Below are positions 10,558 to 39,037 of a stretch of DNA of 64,000 nt, one piece after another (positions within the stretch are counted from its first letter, which is position 1; every line of letters begins with the position of its first letter). The notes below the pieces were generated by a model. That model was not told the origin of the DNA, did no database searches, and saw only the letters and a list, made by a program, of their open reading frames with translations. The translations under genes were made by a program, and so were the position numbers. The stretch lies in NCBI GenBank assembly GCA_020137815.1, contig CM035362.1, positions 4,650,001 through 4,714,000 of the forward strand, written 5' to 3'. This DNA is from Hormiphora californensis (Eukaryota; Animalia; Ctenophora).

Positions 10558-12321
10558 ATGCAAATAGAAGACATCTCCCCTGAGCCCCCTCCCAAAAAAC
10601 TTCGACCAAATGGCTCCCCGTTTGATCAAGTCCCTGGTGAAGTTGTTATGTACATCTTGCACTACCTGGATTCTTCGCAACTTCTTATCTGTCGAGATGT
10701 TTCTAAGACATGGGCTGTGATATCGAGTGCACTCCTAGACTCACGTAAACCCAGGGTTGTTGGGGATCAGAAGCCCCGCTTTCCAGAGTGGAGCAGAGAA
10801 GGAGAGGTTGAGGGAGAGCCAACGCTTCATCAGTTACCTGATGAGATGCTGTTGCAGATATTTACCTTTTTGGAGCCACCAGATCTGTTTAAGTGTGGGG
10901 AAGTCTGCAGGCTGTGGTATAGTATGTCACGAGAATCTTTGAGGCGGTCAGTCCCGACTTTACGAATCAGCCTAGAGCTGCAGACTCGATTCGCATTGTT
11001 TAAGGAGTCAAAGAGGTGGATGAAATGTCATAAAAAAGACTTCATGGGAGCACTAAATCTGTTCCACGACATACTGGAAGAAGTTGATATACGATTTACT
11101 TATAAAATTTCGTTCGAACATCTGATCGCTTTGAATAAATGCAAGAACTTGAAACAATTGAACATTGATCACATTGACTCAACACCGGCTTTACGGTTTG
11201 CAATTATTACATTCCTGTCTGAAGTAAATATTGATATAATTTTGGCGAAACCCCCGAGGAAAAACTTCCCCCCTCTTGAAAACATTTTCAGGCTAAGAAT
11301 AGAATTTGAATTGAAGAATGGAGATCTCGCTGCAAAAGCTTTCCAAAGGATTCCTTTACGTGAACTATGTTTTGAACTTTTTGGAAAGTCGGATCCAAAG
11401 GCGGTAATGAGCATTTTGCAAGTCGTTTCTGGCACTCTGGAGGAGCTTAAAATACCTGGGAATTGTCTTGTCGATACTGATGCTCTACCCTGTTTTCATA
11501 GCTTGACGAGCCTTAAGATTTTTGGTTCTCTGCAAGAGGAACAGCTTCAGAGATTTTTTCTGAAAACACCTAAGTTGACAGACATCGACATAAGATTTTG
11601 TGAAGGAATTTCAGGGGACTGTATCAGGACTTGTTTAAGGGGAAATTCTGTTCGCCAAATATTATTCCCTGAAAGAGTCAGCCATCCTATTCTCCACTCT
11701 CAGACTTTTGGGTTAGGGCATCCTAGTACTATCCCACAGGTCCTACAGGCTTTTAGTGGCACTCTTGAGAAAGTTCAATTGTCTACCTTTAGCCCCGAAG
11801 CACTAGACGTACGTGAAGTTCCTCACCTTCCTCTCCTGAAGACTTTTGGTGTTTACTTCTCCAGCTTTTTCTCAGTGGAAAAGATTATCCCCCGTCTGAT
11901 GAAAAAATGTCCACGCCTATACGATTTATCTTTAGACTGTTTGCTGACCTGTGAAGAATCGGGAAATATCGGGATGGAGACAGTCCGGCTGATGCACCGA
12001 GTAAGAAAACTCGTGTGGCCGCTTTCTGGGGAAAATGCAGCGATTCTTTCTTCCTGTAAGAACCTTGAATTTCTTCAGCTGTGTGATGTAAATGTCCAAG
12101 ACATGGAAATCGCTCTTCTTATTCATAGCTTAAAACATCTCAAAAAGCTCGACATCTCTTACTGCGAGAAAGTTACTGGGAGTTTTTTAGGTATGATTTC
12201 ATCCATCAAGCGGCATTCTCCAACATTGAACATTAGGATTCACAAGGATTTAGACTTGAAGTCACTGGCCTCACTAAAAAGTTTACCGAGATTCATAGTT
12301 CTTTCTGTATCGCTGTATTAG
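10558..12321 (+). CDS. F-box/LRR protein with two F-box motifs; possible upstream coding exon 10265-10347
   Basis: F-boxes VPGEVVMYILHYLD..CRDVSKTW and LPDEMLLQIFTFL..CGEVCRLW. AMN1-type LRRs (LTDIDIRFCEGIS, LKKLDISYCEKVT). Donor 10348 gtgagt and acceptor 10553 are phase-compatible. Confidence 0.85.
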   Translation: MQIEDISPEPPPKKLRPNGSPFDQVPGEVVMYILHYLDSSQLLICRDVSKTWAVISSALLDSRKPRVVGDQKPRFPEWSREGEVEGEPTLHQLPDEMLLQIFTFLEPPDLFKCGEVCRLWYSMSRESLRRSVPTLRISLELQTRFALFKESKRWMKCHKKDFMGALNLFHDILEEVDIRFTYKISFEHLIALNKCKNLKQLNIDHIDSTPALRFAIITFLSEVNIDIILAKPPRKNFPPLENIFRLRIEFELKNGDLAAKAFQRIPLRELCFELFGKSDPKAVMSILQVVSGTLEELKIPGNCLVDTDALPCFHSLTSLKIFGSLQEEQLQRFFLKTPKLTDIDIRFCEGISGDCIRTCLRGNSVRQILFPERVSHPILHSQTFGLGHPSTIPQVLQAFSGTLEKVQLSTFSPEALDVREVPHLPLLKTFGVYFSSFFSVEKIIPRLMKKCPRLYDLSLDCLLTCEESGNIGMETVRLMHRVRKLVWPLSGENAAILSSCKNLEFLQLCDVNVQDMEIALLIHSLKHLKKLDISYCEKVTGSFLGMISSIKRHSPTLNIRIHKDLDLKSLASLKSLPRFIVLSVSLY

Positions 12322-12683
12322 CACACAAAAGACCTTACCCGTCTTCGTGTTATTAGCCATGAAGCGCCACCCTGCATCCCCACCCAGTTTTGTCCAGTGT
12401 TGCTGGGTTTTCTTGACATTATATGATTTATTGCGGCGCATGCCACTGCCAGCGGCAGTTTTGATTGATTGATTGAGTATTGTTTGTAGTAGTATTTATA
12501 AGTTACGTTTAGTTTCAAAATGTCAAGTAAACACGCTTCATAAATGACACTACCAAGCGGCAAGCAGTTCCTTTTCCTCGGTTTTTGATTAAAATGTTAC
12601 ATTAGGTATACATGAATAGGTATACAGGAATAGAATCTGGTGTAAACTTGTTTCACTTTGTGTTTGTTACATTAGGTATATGA

Positions 12684-17198
<4,515 letters not shown>

Positions 17199-17204
17199 TG
17201 AGAG

Positions 17205-17420
17205 CGTGATGTCATAGCAACATGTGACGTCATAGCAACATGTGACGTCATAGCAACACGTGACGTCATAGCAACACATGTGACGTCATAGCAACACGTG
17301 ATGTCATGGCAACATGTGACGTCATAGAAACATGTGACGTCATAGCAACACATGTGACGTCATGGCAACATGTGACGTCATAGCAACACACGTGACCATG
17401 ACGTCTTAGCAACACGTCAC
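17205..17420. repeat. 18-20 bp minisatellite (catgtgacgtcatagcaa) immediately 3' of the Smad stop
   Basis: About 11 units, 8 with a perfect TGACGTCA. Confidence 0.92.
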
Positions 17421-18590
17421 AAAATGGCGGGATCTGAGGTCTCGGTTCTGTTAATTATGATGTCACTATACATAATGTGTGATCTGTGGTGCGGAAGATG
17501 GACAATTATATATTGATTATATTTCTCTGGTCTCTTAGTGGCATCAGTCATTCGAGGCATAATATTATTAGTTATATTATACAGTAATTAGGTGTAATTA
17601 TCAACAACCTAGGGTTCCAAATCAGACACTTAATATATGTAAATACAATTAGCAGCCTCGATCAATACAGTTTTCTAGCAAAAAGGCGTACCACAAATTA
17701 ATAGCAACAATGGTAACCATGTGGTAACCATATGGTAATTCCCTGGTAATCATGTTGTAACTCCCTGGTAACTATGGTAACCATGTTGTAGTTTCACGGT
17801 AACCATGTTGTAACCATGTAGTTATTTACCCTAGTTACCATGGTAACCAATAACCAAGTAGTAATTCCCTGCACGTTTAACACCACACTTTTTTATCTAA
17901 CTTATTTCTTTGCTTCTTTTATTGCCCTTCTGGTGGGGATTGCACAACGGTTTGTGTAATTCAAGATCTGCTTATATATTATTTAGTAGACAAGTTTGGA
18001 TAGCTTTTTTATAAGGAAGTTTGTTAGCTTTAGTCCAAAAATGGAGAAAGATAACGTCATGTTCTAACATGTTCAAACATGGGAGTGATAACATGCTTTT
18101 TTAGTTAAATAATAACGTTATTCATGTCACACAGCTTTTGATTATTTTTATTATGTTATTGGATATTATAATATGATTTTGGACTTGGAAATATATTGAG
18201 AGAGAGAGAAAGAGAGAGAGAGAGAGATTCAGAGCAGTTTTATGAATAAAACAGTAGGTTAAATAACGTAAAAAGGTACATACGGTTTTGGAAGATATTT
18301 AGTAAGCTGATTAATTAATTAATGCTAATTAATTAGCTAATTAATTAATTGATTGGTCAAATTAAGCGGTGATTTACCATCTTTTCCCTTCTTTTGCATA
18401 TGTATATTTTTTCTGTGAAAATTTTAGTCGCTTAATAAAAAAACGCGTTTCTTTTCTGTCTCAAATTAATTCAATACTACTACATCATATTCTTAAATCA
18501 ACAGTGTTTGCGCAGTGTTTACGCAGTGCATACACAGTGAATAATAATAAATTCACCCAGTCAATTAATCCACCCTCTATCTCTCTAGCA

Positions 18591-20834
18591 ATGAAGGATG
18601 AAGATGTAAGATGGTGCACCCTCCAGCTCCGGGCACTAACACTCCAGGACGAACTGAGTGATGAGTTGTCAATGTTGTTAGCACAAATGAGCTGCAGAGA
18701 AGACATGCAGGATTTCATGACTGATCTTTTGGGTGCGTAATATGAGTGAAGATTTCTAGTATTGGGAACGTCTAGATCTAGTGGGCCGGGTATCCAAGTG
18801 GGTAGTTATAGACTTTATATTCTCCTCTCTCCATTGAACTGACCCAACACCATTACAATCCTGGGTGTGTTCTTCTATCTTATTGCACCCTTTACCATTT
18901 CCAGGTGACCAGAAATCCAAATCATCTCGCGTCCAAAACTTCCTAACCTCCTGCCTGGAGCGGTTTGGAGCTCACGACTCTGAAACCACCTACAGAAAAG
19001 ACAAAACAGGGGGATCTCAACAAAGTAAAGGGAATAAGAAGAAGAAGAAGCCATCCTCCCAACAAGTAAACAACCAATCAGAAATCTTTATTTAGATCAC
19101 GTGACTGGTTATCAGCCAATCAGGGACCAGTATTTACCATCCTCCCAATCAGCAGCAACCCCAGGCGTGGGGTGGTGGAGGGCAGCACCACAAGACGGAG
19201 ATAGGGAGTGAGAAACAGAGGAGCAAGAGAAAAACACAGTATATCAAAATAGTGGGTGACAGCCAGTTGGAGAGTGTGCTTCTACCCGGCAGAAATATAT
19301 GCAGGTAATTAATGGGTGATTAGTGGGGTAATTAGTGATTAATTAGTAGGTGATTAGTGGGCAATTAGTGGGCCAGGAGGTGATTAGGAGGTACTTAGTG
19401 GGCCTTGGTTACAGGTTAACAACTAACACCCCCCTCCCCGCCAGATGCCAGGCACAGCGTCACCAACTGGTTAACAACTGCCTCTCATGTGGGCGAGTGG
19501 TCTGCGAACAAGAGGGAGAGGGTCCCTGTCTGTTTTGTGGGACACTAGTTGCGACCCCAGCTAACACTACAAAGATTCAAAGTAACAGTAAGAAGGGACA
19601 GGCTATTGAGAGGAGACTGAAGGATCAGAAACCTGATGGGTTTAAACCTCTCTTTTTACAGGTGAGTTAATTGCAGGTTAATTACATCTTAATTATTGGT
19701 TAATTACATCTAAATTATTGGCAATTACCACAGTGTGCTAACCCTACTTTCTCACCTGTTATTCAGGACGAACAAGATGCCCTACAGAAAGCTATACAAC
19801 ACAAAAACAAATTACTTGAATACGATCGGCTGAACATTCATCGTTCAAAGGTGGGTACTTACAAATACACATTGTTTGTTTTGTTCAAACAGGATCGAGA
19901 AAGGCAAATTTGCAAAATTAAAGTCTTCTGATTTTCACTCTCCCAACACCAACACCGCCCCCTATTTAATATTTAAACACCACCACCCTAAACTCTTAAA
20001 TTCTAAACGCCACCCCCCCCCCTATTTCAGGTGCTGGATGACGAATCAGATTACTTCCAGTCAACTCGCTGGCTAACCTCAAAAGAAAAGAAAGAGGTTG
20101 AGAGAAAGGTGGATGAACGAGCAGAACAACTTCACAAATCCCGACTTCAAACTAGGATCACATTTGATTTCGCAGGCAGGCGGATAGTTGATGACAACCA
20201 ATCTGGATTTGATAAAGCAATGGGTGTCGAGTATGAGAAAGAGAAAGTTGACTCTGGAAATGGGCCGGATTTAGCTGATGAATTTCTACCAGTTTTTATA
20301 GATAAACCAACCAATCCTAACGCCTTACCACCCCAAAACTATTCAACCCCAAAAACTCAAACTAAAATCAACAAAACTACAATTCGGAACCAAGATAAGG
20401 AGTTCCAGTTGATGAGAGACGAGGGAATGTGCCTTACCATGCACCAACCCTGGGCCTCATTGCTAGTAGCAGGAATCAAGGAACTGGAAGGGAGAAGTTG
20501 GTACTCAGCACATAGAGGAAGATTGTGGATTCACTCAGCCGCTAAGAACCCCAGTACACCAGAGATAACTGCAGTAGAGGAGCAATATAGGGATATAAAG
20601 GGGAGGGACACTGTGTTTCCAGAGATTTATCCAACTAGTGTGTTGTTAGGGTGTGTGTATGTAGAAGATGTGAGAGAGAGGGGTGAGAGGGATGCCGAGG
20701 AGAGTTCGTCAGATTTTGTGTTTGTGTGTCGCGATGCGAAGACTCTACCTGTTCCTATCAAGTGTAAAGGTCAGCATAAAGTTTGGAGGCTTGACAAGAA
20801 ACTACACGCGGCAGTTTTAAATCAAATGTTTTAA
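18591..20834 (+). CDS. TRIP4: Activating signal cointegrator 1; exons 18591-18732, 18905-19065, 19153-19304, 19445-19661, 19767-19850, 20031-20834
   Basis: C2HC5 zinc finger CRCQAQRHQLVNNCLSCGRVVCEQEGEGPCLFCG, VLDDESDYF, ITFDFAGR, and ASCH domain CLTMHQPWASLLVAGIKELEGRSWYSAHRGRLWIH. Confidence 0.95.
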
Positions 20835-21309
20835 TATTTCGAGTGTCGGGTGTAATTGTTTTATATTTCAAACACATTTTGGGTAAATTTGAGTGTTTGA
20901 CGTTTAGGATGACTTTACGTGACGCGCGGCCGACATGCCTCTTTCTGCTATACAAAGCGCGCACCAGTTATTGCTGCTCGCTCCTTGGGCGAGACAGGGT
21001 GACTGGTGTTGGGCCGTCTTTTGAAAACAGATGTGATATTCAACTTGTTGATTTGGTTCTGCAGAAAGTGAGAACTTGCCACCCGGTCGAACGATGCATA
21101 TTTGAGAGAGATAGAGAGAGTCCTGACCCCTCTACATTTTATGTGGTAAAACTAAAACACATTGGGCCTAAGTATTTAGAATTAGACTGAAAAGCAGCTA
21201 GCATATAAATCGTGAAATCGTCGACTCTCAAGCGCCTGCACTAAATGAGATTTTAAAAACACGTCTCGGTTTATTTGGATAGAAATGTCTTGGTGCTGAT
21301 ACAAACTGA

Positions 21310-22602
21310 TCATCTCTCACCGATGTTCTCGTCATCATAGAGGGTTCTGACCTTCCGTCTCCTCAACTCCACTGTCTTTGAAATATGTGTCACGTGATAA
21401 TCACGTGATTTCGTCACGTGACGTGGTGTTCTGTTTGGTGATCTCAGTATGACGTCACGCTTTATCACCCCCTGACAGTACTGATACCGATCACTGGTCG
21501 AGGGGCGTCTTTTGAGCGTTGTAGTAGTGGACTCTGGTGGTTGATCCCAGACAGTAGATACTGCCCTACCGGACCTTGATGCTGTGGGGCGGTTTGAAAA
21601 TGTTCCCCTTCCTCGATCTGAACCTGTCTGATTTGAGGGTCGAGGTTTTATTGTTGTTCTTGGGACTCCTGCAGCTGCAGAGATTAGGGGTCTCTTTCTC
21701 AGTGGTATTTGGCACGGTTTGGAACTGTTTTGAGAGTTGTCGGTTGAATCCTGTGTCCAGGGTGGATAGTCATCACTACAGCTGTAATCACTATATGACG
21801 AAGAAGGAGCAGTTATTGAGCTAGCCAGGTAGAGCTGAGAGTTTGAGCAATAATTACAAATCAATGATTCTGTGCTGCACCCAACAGAGCGGGTTTTGAT
21901 GAAGTCATTCAGAGAATGGGCTGTAGTTCTACATGTAGTACATTTAGTACATGATGTAGTACATGTAGTACATGATGTAGTTCTGCATGTAGTACATGAT
22001 GTAGTTCTGCATGTAGTACATGTAGTGCTGCATTTATTTCTACATGTAGTTCTGCATGTACTGTGGTTCTTGATAACCTCTGACAAGGGTCGAGGGGAGG
22101 AACTTGAGAGATTAAGTAGAAACTCTCTCCATTCGGTGTCTTCAAAGTCAGGAAAACTGTCCGATAAAGTTGTCTCAGGGAGATCATTTGGAATAGTAGA
22201 GGGTTCTGTTTCTGTCGCGTGACCAGATGTTACAAAGTTACTGAAATCATCTGGTAAGCCTTGGAGAGAACTATCATATGCCCGAGTTTCCATGTTAACA
22301 AGTGATTCAGTTGCTGCGTCATCACTCCCTAGTCCTAGAAGTGATGCTGCAGAGACCACTGCAGTCTGACTCTGAGTCTGACACTCTGCATCCCTGATCC
22401 TATCAATGATCCTATCATGACCAGTCTGACAACCTACAGTCCTCTCATAACCAGCTAAAGTCTGGGTCTCTACGTTCTTCGTGGCACTTTTGCTTCTTTG
22501 TCCACCATGTCGCTTTAGTGTCGCCCAATAAAACAAGAGGAGTATCATGATCAGTAGTAGAAGAGTGTTTGAATCAGCTGCACCCCGTTCAACAGGGAAC
22601 AT
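21310..22602 (-). CDS. Single-exon uncharacterised protein: N-terminal hydrophobic anchor, TQT-like motifs, Cys/Thr repeat, Ser/Arg-rich tail
   Basis: 430-aa ORF with LLLLIMILLLFYW, VETQT/VGCQT/AECQTQ and (CTTCRTTS)n. Confidence 0.65.
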   Translation of the reverse strand: MFPVERGAADSNTLLLLIMILLLFYWATLKRHGGQRSKSATKNVETQTLAGYERTVGCQTGHDRIIDRIRDAECQTQSQTAVVSAASLLGLGSDDAATESLVNMETRAYDSSLQGLPDDFSNFVTSGHATETEPSTIPNDLPETTLSDSFPDFEDTEWREFLLNLSSSSPRPLSEVIKNHSTCRTTCRNKCSTTCTTCRTTSCTTCRTTSCTTCTTSCTKCTTCRTTAHSLNDFIKTRSVGCSTESLICNYCSNSQLYLASSITAPSSSYSDYSCSDDYPPWTQDSTDNSQNSSKPCQIPLRKRPLISAAAGVPRTTIKPRPSNQTGSDRGRGTFSNRPTASRSGRAVSTVWDQPPESTTTTLKRRPSTSDRYQYCQGVIKRDVILRSPNRTPRHVTKSRDYHVTHISKTVELRRRKVRTLYDDENIGER

Positions 22603-22721
22603 CCTGCGTATTGTTTTGGAGATTAGGATCGATGTTTATGACGCATAAAAAGCAATATTATCAGGCCCAAATAAACTGCCGCAGTGAACGTATACTATTT
22701 AGGAATACAGGATTTGGGATC

Positions 22722-22770
<49 letters not shown>

Positions 22771-23707
22771 GCTCCACTAACTAATCACGCACAAGTCACA
22801 AGCCCCTCGACGCAACGAGACTAGAGCAATCCCATCACATCAGCTTGAGCTCCTGAGATGAGAGATAGAGAGATAGAGAGAGAAAGTCTCTGAGAAAGAG
22901 AGAGATCAGAGAGACTAGTAGAAAATAGCGGAAGATCAGGGATTTAGAGATGGGAGAAGTCAGAAGCATATGCACAGAATTGTTTTCAAATTAATTATTA
23001 GTTGGTTAACTAATATCAATTAACCCAACGGCATATGGCCTGGTTCAGTAAACACACAGTGTACAGAAACACAATTCAAATACAAAACCCCTCCGCCACA
23101 ATATATGTATACCATTGGCAACTAGGAAAAGGGAGTGTACTCAGTAAAGTGTGCAGCAGTACACAGAGGGGCGGGACGTGCCCAAGTACACACCATGTGT
23201 AAGTGTACCAGTGTACCACACACTGTACAGTACTACAGTGTGTGACTGCATGTGGTACACTTTTTTGCCCAAGAACACAATGCAATGTACATTGTGTTCT
23301 TGGGCAAAAAAGGTTAAAGTGGTAGACTGGCAGGTCTCTCCCAATCACATAGGGGCGATTCAAAAAGGATGTCCGGAGGAGGGCCGAGGGGAGGTTGCTA
23401 AAAATGATCAAAAATCATGGAAATCCTTTTTGAACGGCGCCAAACAAGCATAAAAATCACGTGACCACGACACGCGCGAATTTTGTCGCGCGCAAAAACA
23501 TTGCGCGCCGCGTTTTGTATTATACTGAGCGCTCCTCTAAATTTCTGAACTCAGCTGAGCTGCAAAAGAGAAGTTTTTTTCGACATTCGCTGACATTTTT
23601 TTCAGATTCCCTTCCGTGTCGGGTGTCCTCTCTTTGCTCAACATTAAAGATAATTTTCATAAATAACAGGGTAACATATTTAAGTTAATTCTAAATTTTC
23701 AGCCAAT

Positions 23708-33555
<9,848 letters not shown>

Positions 33556-36263
33556 CAAGACAATAGTATGACAAAGTTATAAATTGATAACCGCTAGTTA
33601 CAGGGTGCAAAATGACAATATCACGATCGTGATTGACTGTGTGAGAAGGGATACATGTTGTATATTACATACAATATATGAGAGATTTCAGTGTGAACTG
33701 CAGTTGACAAAATGCGATATATTTGTGTTAGTAAGTTAGTAACTTATTTATGCTAAGCTAGATTAAGATATAGATATTGATGCGATGGTAAACAGGATTT
33801 CCCGTAGCCCCAGTACTCCGTGATCCTATTTATTAGCTGTCAGCTGGTTTTGGAGCCACTCCAGCTGCCGAGAGAGTGATATGTTTTTGGAAAAGTCAAT
33901 GAGTTAATGCCAGTAATTAATTACGTCACACTGTATGTGAAGCCATATAACTCAACCACAGAACCCGCCCACCACACCACCACATTGCCACTTTAGCAGC
34001 AGTACCCGCCCACTGATCCCAGTGCTTGTTTCAATACCACAATTAGAGCCCCACCCACCTCTACAAAAATGACAGACAGAGAGAACTAATCTCCCTCTAA
34101 CTTGCATCCATGGAAGCCACGTGTTTCTTGTTTCCCCAGCTAATGAACAGTAGTGCAGGAACGTTTCATGTTGTTTTTGTTTGTACCATGTCGAGAAATT
34201 ATGAAAATTAATTGATAAGCATATAACACGGATATTAAATGACAGCAGTGACTAAACAGCATGGCCCCTTCACCTAAACCTCGTTTCCGTTTCCAACAAG
34301 TTACTGTCGTCATCGAATATCCGTGCTTATTAATTAATTTTAGTACCACAGCATTTAACTGCAGTCTGATAGTTCGTGTGTTAGAGTTCGTGTGTTGGAG
34401 TTGAGTCGTGATAGAAATTTTCAAATACCAAATACGACGGATGGCACCTCTTGCAGTACACGTACCGACTATACCGTGTTGTTCGAACCACACTTCTGTC
34501 CTATTTCTGTTCTGCTGTTTGTCTGCTGCCAGCTACATTTCGCCTCTCATTATTGAATCATATATCCCATACCATAGTTGTGTTCAAAATCTTTAGGGCT
34601 CAGTTTTATTTGAAATAGTGAGCGATATATTGGTGTTAATATTGAAAGCTAAATGTAGCACTTAAAGCAGGGTCTTGAGATAGTGATAAGTGAAAGAATT
34701 CCTTGCAGGACAAAATTCTTGCTTTTTTGGGCCCAGATAGAGATTAGAGAGTGGGGGCTTGTGCACAGCTATTGGAGAATTCACCATAGTGTTATTGATT
34801 GTTTGAGGGGTAAAGTGTAAATTTGTTAACACACTGCAGCAGGCCACATTGCCTCCACATTGCCTCCTGTGCGCTGAATTCATTGTGGTTAAAATCCGGT
34901 GTGCTGCGGTGGGGGCCATAATGATAGCAGCTAGATAATTTCAAATAAGTCACATACTGCTGTTGCACGGTCCAATATGTTGTTTCGTATTTTCAAGAAC
35001 ACTGCGCTAGCAAGTGTTCCAAAATATAGGTTGCATTTTGGACGTTTCTCAACTATCATGGGCTTCTTGGCTGCACAAATGAGAGATGTAATCAGAAGAA
35101 ATATTCAAGTTTTGTTAATCAATGTAGATAGGAGTTTGTGTAAATAATGTGTAAATAATGTGTAAATATCGGCTGTGTACTACCATGTTGTCTTTTTATT
35201 AAACCTATTCAAAGCATTTTAATTTGTCATTGTATGTACCGTTACAGGGCTACAGGAATCAAATTGCGGGGTTTATCAAATACCGAAACGGATACATTTT
35301 TCAAGTCCAGTGTTTCTTGCCCTTGGCTTGCAGGTTTGGTACAAAATGTTTCACTGGTGCGTGTGTGAAACAAGGCACCCAAAATGCAGTTCCCCTCTTT
35401 TTAGTGCATAACTAATTCTTGTGTGGTGAGACACGACACAGTGCACACACATTCTATTTCTAAACTAAAACAGGCCCTACATAATTCGGGATCCCAAACT
35501 TGTTTCTCTCTCCCTTCTTGGGCTGCTAATATTAGCAGTAACAAACGTGTGGTGGTATCGCCTTTGTAGTTTTCCCCGCCAACAACTGGCAACAGTGGAT
35601 ACCTAAATGAATTAACCAGACCAACCCAAAACCGAATGTGCAGGCTTTTGTGAAAAACTGCACATCATTTCTTTTTCTGTGTTTGTGTATCTATCTCATT
35701 CCTTTCTCTCTCTCTATTTATATTTCTATCTCTCAGTATCTCCCCCTCTCTCTCAGTATCTCTCTCAGCCAAAATGACATAATGGTAGCCTGCAAGCTAC
35801 ACCTGTTTCCCACCTTTTTGCATCACTTGCCAGTTTAATTGAAACAACTTTGAAGTGCTTTATTTGAACTTTTCTAGATTTAGCTTAGAATCCAGATCAG
35901 ATTTTTACGTGTCTTTGTTGGAGGTCCTGTCAGGCCAATGCTCTGACCACAGTTCTCGCGCACTCCGAGAGAAATGAGAATAGGGTCAGGCCAATGCTCT
36001 GACAGTGGAGGTCTATTGGTCTAAATTGTGATGTGTGTTTTTGGTCCTTCCTATTTTTGTAACATGTGTAATTAAGGCCTAATTAGCACAAAGAGAGAAT
36101 TTATTCGCAAGGGCCGAGTTTTGAACAAGCTCCTGCAAGCCTGTCTGTCCGTCTATCTGATTTGATTCCAGTTTTTCTGGTTGTTCTTTCTGTGACATAT
36201 CGATCAACCCCTCACGTTTAGCATTTGTTAGCTCTAGGAATAACTGAATCAGAACGGGTAAAG

Positions 36264-38307
<2,044 letters not shown>

Positions 38308-39001
38308 AATTTTATAGAAACTTTAGATAGGACTTATATTTTTTTCTGCCGAACAGAAATGCAGTGTGAGTTGTACAAAGGACGTATTAGAAAGATTAAT
38401 TAATTCAGTTGAATTGCTGGGACTAAACCAATTTGGTTCCAAAGAAAATAATTTTGGAACTATAGAGATTAACATCGTGTTATTAACATCGTGTTATTAA
38501 CATCGTGTTACTAATAGTGTTATTAATAGTTAGTAACTATTAATAACACTATTAGTTACCTATAAGTAATCAATTCATATCCATATTTTTGTTATTTTTT
38601 GATACTTGGATACTGTCATTTTCATTAAAGAGTTTTGCTATTTTATTTGAAGTACAAGTAAGTACTGTTTTATTCAGTCCGGCAAATATAGATACCCAAA
38701 AGTAAAATGGATACCCCAGGAAAAGTTCCCATAATAAGCTTCATTATGAGAGAGGGGGAGAGAGAGAGAGGGAGAGAGAGAGAGAGAGGAAGAGAGAGAG
38801 AGAGAGCTATAGCGAGTAGAGCAGAGAGGATAGTCTCTCTCTCGCTAGCTCTATTCTTATAGCTCGTCTCTCTCTTCTCCTCTCTCTTCTCCGTCTCTCC
38901 TCTCTCTATCTCTCTTCCTCTCTCCTGCTCTGCTCTCTCCTCTCTCTCTCTCTCTTCTCTCTCTGATCTCTCTCTCCCTCATCTCTCTATCTCTCTATCT
39001 C

Positions 39002-39037
<36 letters not shown>

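Noticed and set aside
17205-17420. CRISPR-like array (also considered 26512-26642, 49378-49652, 62805-62947)
   Set aside because: The units are contiguous with no unique spacers, there are no cas genes, and the context is eukaryotic.
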